Positions 26,940-32,000 of a stretch of DNA of 32,000 bases are shown here, piece after piece. Source of the stretch: Zymomonas mobilis subsp. mobilis ATCC 10988 (GTDB lineage Bacteria; Pseudomonadota; Alphaproteobacteria; Sphingomonadales; Sphingomonadaceae); contig NC_017262.1 of NCBI RefSeq assembly GCF_000175255.2, forward strand, positions 1,380,001 through 1,412,000, given 5' to 3'. The translations under genes and the position numbers were made by a program. Position 1 is the first letter of the stretch. The number at the start of each line of letters is the position of its first letter. Under the pieces are notes generated by a model, which saw nothing but the letters and a program-made list of their open reading frames with translations, made no database searches and had not been told where the DNA came from.

Positions 26940-27857
26940 CTAACTTTCCGATTGGAGGATGTCGGCTGCACCATAATGGGCTATTTTGGAAAATAGACCG
27001 AGAAGCTGGTCTTTTGTGGGTGTTCCACCCCAAACATAAACAGAGAGAATAATGGCTTTATTCGGTTGAGGCCAAAGAATGGCAATATCACTGGCGGCAT
27101 CATGGCCATTGGTGCCGGTTTTGTCCGCGATGACCCAGTTTTTGGGCAAGCCTGCCCGCAACCGCTGACTGCCTGTCTGACATCTTACCATCCAACCGGT
27201 CAGCCGATCGCGGGAGGAAGGTGATAATAGAGAACCCAAAAGCATTTTTTGCAAATTGCGCGCCATAGCTATGGGCGTTGTCGTATTTTCTACGCCACCA
27301 TAAGGCGTTTCGTTTAAAAATGGCTCGATATTGTCTAACCGACTTTGATCGTCCCCCAACTGCCGCCAGAAGGCTGTCAAAGCCAAAGCCCCGCCACTAC
27401 GTTCCAACAGTTTATTGGCACAGAAATTGTCGCTTTGTTCAATCGCTCCCTGACAGAGTTCAGCAACCGACATCTCTGCTTTATCAAGATGAGCCTTGGC
27501 AAAAGGCGCGTATAAATCTTCAATATCTTCAGGCTTATAAGAAATAATCCGGTCAAGGCTGTCTTGCCCACGGTCACAACGCAACAAGACAGAAGCCACA
27601 AGAGAAACCTTAAAGCTGCTGCACATGAGAAAGCGTTCATTCGCCCGCCAAGCAAGGCTTTTTCCTGTCGCTATATTCTGGGCATAAATCCCGACATGCC
27701 CACCGGTTGCCTGCTCATATTCAAGCGCAATCTCCTCAATACTGACAGCCCTTTCCGCAGGAACTGCCCGTTTGCCCCATAGCGCTTGGCAAAAAACAGA
27801 TGGAAACAGAACCGCCGTCCCAGCTGTCCCCAAAGCCAAAACATCCCGCCTCCGCAT
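26940..27857 (-). CDS. bla: Class A beta-lactamase with a twin-arginine signal peptide
   Basis: 305 aa. The N-terminal MRRRDVLALGTAG is Tat-like. Class A motifs are present: SSFK (S-x-x-K), SDN, EPFLNE (the E166-x-x-L-N region) and KTG. Confidence 0.9.
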   Translation of the reverse strand: MRRRDVLALGTAGTAVLFPSVFCQALWGKRAVPAERAVSIEEIALEYEQATGGHVGIYAQNIATGKSLAWRANERFLMCSSFKVSLVASVLLRCDRGQDSLDRIISYKPEDIEDLYAPFAKAHLDKAEMSVAELCQGAIEQSDNFCANKLLERSGGALALTAFWRQLGDDQSRLDNIEPFLNETPYGGVENTTTPIAMARNLQKMLLGSLLSPSSRDRLTGWMVRCQTGSQRLRAGLPKNWVIADKTGTNGHDAASDIAILWPQPNKAIILSVYVWGGTPTKDQLLGLFSKIAHYGAADILQSES

Positions 27858-28127
27858 TGATATGACTCCCTACTGCTATCCCGCATTCTTGGCACAGCGC
27901 ATTAAGCTCGACAATGCCTCGTCGCTTTCTTTTGGAATATCTTTCAGACAAGCCTTCTGGCTAGCATAAAGAGATCAATCCAGCTTCAATCTGTTCTTCT
28001 GAAAAATGAAATGAATAAAAGAAAGATGTTTTTATTTTTTATAAAAATTTAAAATAAAATATATTATATTTGCTTTTTAAAAAAAATATATATTATGTTT
28101 ATGTGTTTTAATAATAGGATAATCGTC

Positions 28128-28259
28128 ATGGCAAAGCTAAAGTCAGCCATTACTATTTCAACAGTTTTACTGCCTATTAGCGGTTCCATAAATGCGATGG
28201 CCTTGTCCCCAAAAATGCCGTTGCATCATACAGAAACAAATAGATCTTTCGCATCATAA
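28128..28259 (+). CDS. Small ORF (43 aa) with a Sec-type signal peptide; speculative
   Basis: It encodes MAKLKSAITISTVLLPISGSINAMA/LSPKMPLHHTETNRSFAS. An AGGA lies 8 nt upstream of the ATG, and in-frame upstream ATGs at 28095 and 28101 are alternative starts. It sits 120 bp upstream of the ABC ATPase gene on the same strand, and is below the ORF-track length cutoff. Confidence 0.3.
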   Translation: MAKLKSAITISTVLLPISGSINAMALSPKMPLHHTETNRSFAS

Positions 28260-28447
28260 CCTCTTTCTAAGGGATAATATGGAAGAAGTTTTATTGAGAA
28301 GAAAGCGCTTTCTAGTTCTTTTTTATCGAGAAAGAATTTAAATTCGAATAAAATTTTTAACATTATAAAAGAAATTAAATTATGATTTTAGTTAAAAATT
28401 TAAATTTTTCTGTTTCAGGCAAAGAAATACTGCATGATATCAATCTA

Positions 28448-29294
28448 GGCTCAGGACCTGTTAATTTCTTGAGTTGAGCGGGCTGTTGTGATTCACAGGT
28501 TTACCGATGGAGGTGAAGCTGTGAGTGACGTGTTTTTGCTGTCTGAGCACCAGATGGAACGGATTAAGCCGTTTTTTCCACTGGCGCATGGTGTGCCGCG
28601 TGTCGATGACCGTCGTGTCCTGAGCGGGATCGTTTACGTGATCCGCAACGGCCTTCAGTGGAAAGACGCCCCGAAAGCGTATGGCCCGCACAAGACTTTA
28701 TACAACCGGTTTATCCGGTGGAGCCGCCTGGGTGTCTTTGACCGGATCTTCGTCGCCCTGACGGAGCAGGCAGGCCGTTCAAAGCGTCTGATGATCGATG
28801 CAACACATCTGAAAGCACACCGGACAGCGGCCTCCCTGCTCAAAAAGGGGCTTTTCCCCGCCATATCGGACGCACGAAAGGCGGACTGAACTCAAAGCTT
28901 CACGCTGTATGCGATAGTCAGGGCCGCCCTGTCCGGCTGCATCTGACCGCAGGTCAGGTCAGTGACTTCAAAGGCGCGGATGTTCTGCTGGCAAATCTGC
29001 CGGAAGAAACACAAGAAATTCTCGGGGACCGGGGATACGACAGTAATAAAATCAGACAGTCTCTCGCAGACCGGAATATCACCGCCTGTATTCCGCCGAA
29101 GAAGAACCGGAAATCAAAGCCGCCTTACGACTGGCATCTGTATAAAAAGCGTCACCTCATCGAAAATATGTTCGCAAAGCTCAAAGACTGGCGGCGTGTC
29201 GCAACACGATACGACCGGTGCGCTCACACATTCATGTCAGCAATCCATATCGCAGCAAGTTTCATCTTCTATCTCAAAGAATGAGTCCTGAGCC
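28448..29294 (+). mobile_element. IS5-family (IS427-group-like) insertion sequence, 847 bp
   Basis: The terminal inverted repeats are GGCTCAGGAC at 28448-28457 and its reverse complement at 29285-29294. Weaker similarity extends to ~25 bp. It is flanked by a TA/TA duplication (28446-28447 and 29295-29296) and carries two overlapping transposase frames. Confidence 0.9.
28521..29284 (+). CDS. IS transposase OrfAB (DDE), produced by a -1 frameshift; OrfA alone ends at 28889
   Basis: OrfA encodes (V)SDVFLLSEHQMERIKPFFPLAHGVPRVDDRRVLSGIVYVIRNGLQWKDAPKAYGPHKTLYNRFIRWSRLGVF...IDATHLKAHRTA. The -1 frame, entered at the A5G4 run (28842-28850), continues HIGRTKGGLNSKLHAVCDSQGRP...LGDRGYDS...IENMFAKLKDWRRVATRYDR. 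This is a typical IS427-group organisation. The start could alternatively be the GTG at 28488. Confidence 0.8.
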
Positions 29295-29910
29295 TAGAAT
29301 GGTCTTGTGGTATTCTTGCTATTGTCGGAGGAAACGGATCCGGTAAGTCAACATTATTGAGCTGTCTTTCATCTTCATTAAAAACAAGTGATCATTCCAT
29401 TTTTTGGAAAAATAAGCCTATAAATCAGCAACTCAGTAATTATCGCCGTTCTATAGGATGTGCACCTCAAGGTCGTAGTCTAGATTCTCATCTTACAGCC
29501 ATAGAATTTTTGTCTGCTTGTGCGGCTTTGCGTTGCCTTTATTCATCTCAAATGAAGGTAGAGATTGCTCATATTTTAAAAAATGTTGGATTATCTTCCC
29601 TTGCAGACAGGCCCTTAAATCATTTTTCAGGTGGTAATCTCCGAAAGATACTTATTGCTCAATCTTTATTAGGTAGTCCTGAATTACTTATTCTTGATGA
29701 GCCTACTTCAGAGGTCGATATCTCTGCCTCTGAAATGATATGGTCAAAATTAAAAAAATATTCTCAAAATCACGCTGTAATTATTGCCAGCCATGATCTG
29801 CCTTCTGTCGTGAAATATGCTGATAAAATAGCCGTTATGTCGGCAGGAAATTTATCACCGCTTGAATCTCCCGCAAATTTTGAAAAATATGAAAATGGGA
29901 TATTCGACCT

Positions 29911-30330
29911 ATGAATAGGTGTGTTTTAAAAACAGCGATGAGCTATGCGTATATATTGCTAATAAATACCATAAGAAAACCTATAGTTGTTTCTGCTCAT
30001 ATTATTATCGCTATTATTTGTGGTTTATTAATATTACCAAATCATAGCTACGAATATACAACATTCTCTATTTCCAATAAGGCTGTATTTTATAACCGAG
30101 ACAGTGTTATTGTAATAATAAGTAGCATGTTCTCCTTGGTATATCCTTTAATAGGGTTTTTATTAATTTCACCAACAATAAAAAGACCAATACCAGAAAA
30201 TCTTTTGTCTTCTTTTCCCGTTAAAAAAAATTACTTTTCTAATGGGGCATTTTATAGCCTCATTCATCCTTATCAGTCTTCATCTAATATTTATTACAGC
30301 TATAGGAAGCGTGAACAATCTTCCTTTTAA
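29911..30330 (+). CDS. Polytopic membrane protein, N-terminal portion (probably the 5' part of a frameshifted gene)
   Basis: 139-aa ORF whose start overlaps the ABC ATPase stop (ATGA). It has 2-3 hydrophobic helices and then a hydrophilic tail that begins right after the A8 run. Confidence 0.55.
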   Translation: MNRCVLKTAMSYAYILLINTIRKPIVVSAHIIIAIICGLLILPNHSYEYTTFSISNKAVFYNRDSVIVIISSMFSLVYPLIGFLLISPTIKRPIPENLLSSFPVKKNYFSNGAFYSLIHPYQSSSNIYYSYRKREQSSF

Positions 30331-31258
30331 TTTAATTTATCAAATCCCTTCTATAATAATTTCATGTTTTCTTATTTCTTGTCCCGCGCTTATTTTGACC
30401 TCTATCTCGGCTTCGATAGTAGAATATATTCCCTTTAATAATGATAAGACCCCATCCTTAATCTTAGTCGCCATCTGGCTTGTCTGGGTCTCTGCTATAG
30501 GCTTGAGTCTTAATGGGCAGGGATGGGATATTTCAGGCATAAAATTTCCTATTTTGAACATATTCCATCAGAGTAATGTCAATATCGGCTTTATTCCTAT
30601 AAAAAAATCGGCTGATTTTATTTCAAATTTTAATGAAATAAAATTCACAAAAATTTATTTTTTATACCAAATACTGATCTCTTTTATTGGAATAATGATT
30701 CTTTTTTTATTTGGAAAGCAAGAACTAGTATTAAAAATTACGACGTCAACTTCTCTTAAAACAGATTTTTCTCAAATAAAACCTAAAGGGTTTATCTCTT
30801 TATCCCCTCTCACAGCATGGACTATTCTGCTATCAAGATTAATATTCTTCCTTTTTCAAAGTAAAGTTAAGATTACTCTGGCCGCTCTGTTGCTGATTTT
30901 ACAATTGGTCACGCCGCCCCTTCTTTCCGAAAAAGCTTCATTAGTCGCTTGGGGACTCTATATCACGGAATGGTCTGGCCTAGGATATTTGGTCAAAGGC
31001 AAAGCGTTTGCTGTACTGGAATCGACGCTGCCTCTAGGCGGTTGGAAATGGAGTGGTGCTGCCATAGCTGCCATTAGTTTGCAAATGACACTTTTATCTT
31101 TGGGAGAAATGATTTTCTATCCTGCGACTATCCTTCCAAAATTTTTTCAGATTACCGCCGTCGCTTTTTTTGCTGTTTTCCTATTAAGAATAACCAGATC
31201 TAAAATACCCTTTTTAATAATAGCTATTACCCTATGGTATAGCATGGTAACATATTAA
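30242..31258 (+). CDS. Polytopic membrane protein, C-terminal portion (putative permease partner of the ABC ATPase)
   Basis: 338-aa, very hydrophobic ORF with about 8-9 predicted helices. This frame is open from 30182 and overlaps the previous ORF by 89 nt. I recognise no family motif. Confidence 0.6.
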   Translation: MGHFIASFILISLHLIFITAIGSVNNLPFNLIYQIPSIIISCFLISCPALILTSISASIVEYIPFNNDKTPSLILVAIWLVWVSAIGLSLNGQGWDISGIKFPILNIFHQSNVNIGFIPIKKSADFISNFNEIKFTKIYFLYQILISFIGIMILFLFGKQELVLKITTSTSLKTDFSQIKPKGFISLSPLTAWTILLSRLIFFLFQSKVKITLAALLLILQLVTPPLLSEKASLVAWGLYITEWSGLGYLVKGKAFAVLESTLPLGGWKWSGAAIAAISLQMTLLSLGEMIFYPATILPKFFQITAVAFFAVFLLRITRSKIPFLIIAITLWYSMVTY

Positions 31259-32000
31259 CTAATTATTTGAGGAATAAAGCCTTCGATTTTCTACCCTCCG
31301 CTCACATCCCCGCGTCTCCATGCCTCGCATCCAAGGATGCTGGTCATTGGCCGAGTAACTGGCAATCATCACCGGCCTTCTTAAAAAAGGCGACTTTCCA
31401 TAGAAAACCAACCCGCCTCGTTTTTCTAAAAGACAGCGGTCTATTTTCAATCTCTTGGGACGACATGACGCAGGGAGATAGCCTGAACTGATAACCCAAT
31501 CATTTTGGCTACATTCTTCAGGTGATAACCCTGCCGCTTTGCCTTTTATCGCTAGCAAATTATAATGTTGCTGCGCCAAAGCGATTTCACAAAATCCCTT
31601 TTGACAAAGATTTGTCCCGAAAAGTCGTTTTTCTTCTTCTTGGTCAAAGCCAATCAAATTCGCGATTTGATCCTGACTATAACTATCCTTTTCAGGCCAA
31701 ATAAACTGATAAGGCTGCTTGGGATTGTCGGTTTTAAAAGCTATTGTTTTGCCATCCCGACTGATAACCCAATCTGGCCTTGGGTTGAGGATAATCATCA
31801 GTACACCCAAGACCAAAGGCACAACACCCCATAACCGCCATGATGTTTTCCACAATCCTAACCACAACCAGCTAGCCATCATAAAGAGGCATAACCAAGC
31901 CCCGATCATCGGCAGCATAAAACCCGCCATGGGCAGAGATGCGACGTAATGGGCAATCGCAAGCAACAACCGAATGGATTGATCGGTTACCCACCAAAAA
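31259..32000 (-). CDS. ComEC/Rec2-like membrane protein, C-terminal part (gene continues past the window end)
   Basis: The reverse frame is open to the window edge (...FWWVTDQSIRLLLAIAHYVASLPMAG...). TM helices are followed by a soluble tail with the P.PDW.ISRDGK...C...GFC...C...IDR..L...GG...(H)PW pattern. I recall that pattern from alphaproteobacterial ComEC homologues and have not verified it. Confidence 0.6.
   Translation of the reverse strand, partial: FWWVTDQSIRLLLAIAHYVASLPMAGFMLPMIGAWLCLFMMASWLWLGLWKTSWRLWGVVPLVLGVLMIILNPRPDWVISRDGKTIAFKTDNPKQPYQFIWPEKDSYSQDQIANLIGFDQEEEKRLFGTNLCQKGFCEIALAQQHYNLLAIKGKAAGLSPEECSQNDWVISSGYLPASCRPKRLKIDRCLLEKRGGLVFYGKSPFLRRPVMIASYSANDQHPWMRGMETRGCERRVENRRLYSSNN

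Larger units (their letters stand above)
28382..29914 (+). pseudogene. ABC transporter ATP-binding protein (NBD only), interrupted by an IS element
   Basis: The 5' part at 28382-28447 encodes MILVKNLNFSVSGKEILHDINL. The 3' part at 29297-29914 encodes EWSCGILAIVGGNGSGKSTLL...FSGGN...LLILDEP...ASHD. Removing the IS and one TA copy restores a single 227-codon frame. Confidence 0.85.

Noticed and set aside
26464-26943. ORFs 26464-26649 (-) and 26662-26943 (+) as real genes
   Set aside because: The translations are unfamiliar, I noted no ribosome-binding site for either ORF, and one ORF runs into the bla stop. I reported the region only as unassigned, possibly a gene remnant.
27890-27906. TGGCAC (sigma-54 -24 element-like) upstream of the small ORF
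   Set aside because: The -12 position reads ATTA instead of TTGC at the correct spacing, so it is not a credible RpoN promoter.
28279-28338. 19-codon ORF (MEEVLLRRKRFLVLFYRERI) between the small ORF and the ABC ATPase
   Set aside because: It is too short, I noted no ribosome-binding site, and it overlaps the 14-bp palindrome. It is more likely non-coding.
28962-29291. 109-aa + strand ORF inside the IS element
   Set aside because: This is the wrong frame. The DDE transposase C-terminal half (HIGRTKGGLNSKLH...DRGYDS...WRRVATRYDR) is read in the -1 frame relative to OrfA.

Overview
This window looks like the replication-origin region of an alphaproteobacterial chromosome. The Sphingomonadales / Zymomonas-like assignment is inferred from gene order and protein sequences and was not checked against any database.

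Core content:
- A dense DnaA-box cluster with an adjacent, extremely AT-rich tract lies just upstream of hemE, so I call it oriC.
- It is followed by hemJ, rho, mnmE and a translationally coupled mnmG-rsmG-parA-parB operon.
- Two near-consensus parS sites flank mnmG.

This conserved origin synteny is interrupted by accessory cassettes:
- qor, a dienelactone hydrolase gene and ogt.
- A TonB-dependent receptor, an aldo/keto reductase, a degraded YciI-like gene and a secreted lactonase-like protein.

The right half carries:
- An MFS exporter and a secreted protein of unknown function.
- An ArgP-like LysR regulator coupled to a frameshifted ornithine-cyclodeaminase-family gene, divergent from a LysE/ArgO exporter.
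- panCB, a Sel1-repeat protein and a Tat-signal class A beta-lactamase.
- A compositionally aberrant, AT-rich ~3.3 kb locus, then the 3' end of a ComEC-like gene.

The AT-rich locus encodes a small signal-peptide ORF, an NBD-only ABC ATPase and a large unclassifiable polytopic membrane protein. The ATPase gene is split by an 847-bp IS5-family (IS427-group) element. The membrane-protein gene is split at an A8 tract.

Items most worth a second look:
- Satellite DnaA-box modules outside oriC that reuse 16-18 nt of origin sequence.
- The GANTC / CGACTC motif clustering in the origin.
- The doubly inactivated ABC locus.

I saw no rRNA, tRNA or CRISPR array. I do not see a clear, intact novel multi-gene system. 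The ABC locus is the best candidate and is only moderately supported.
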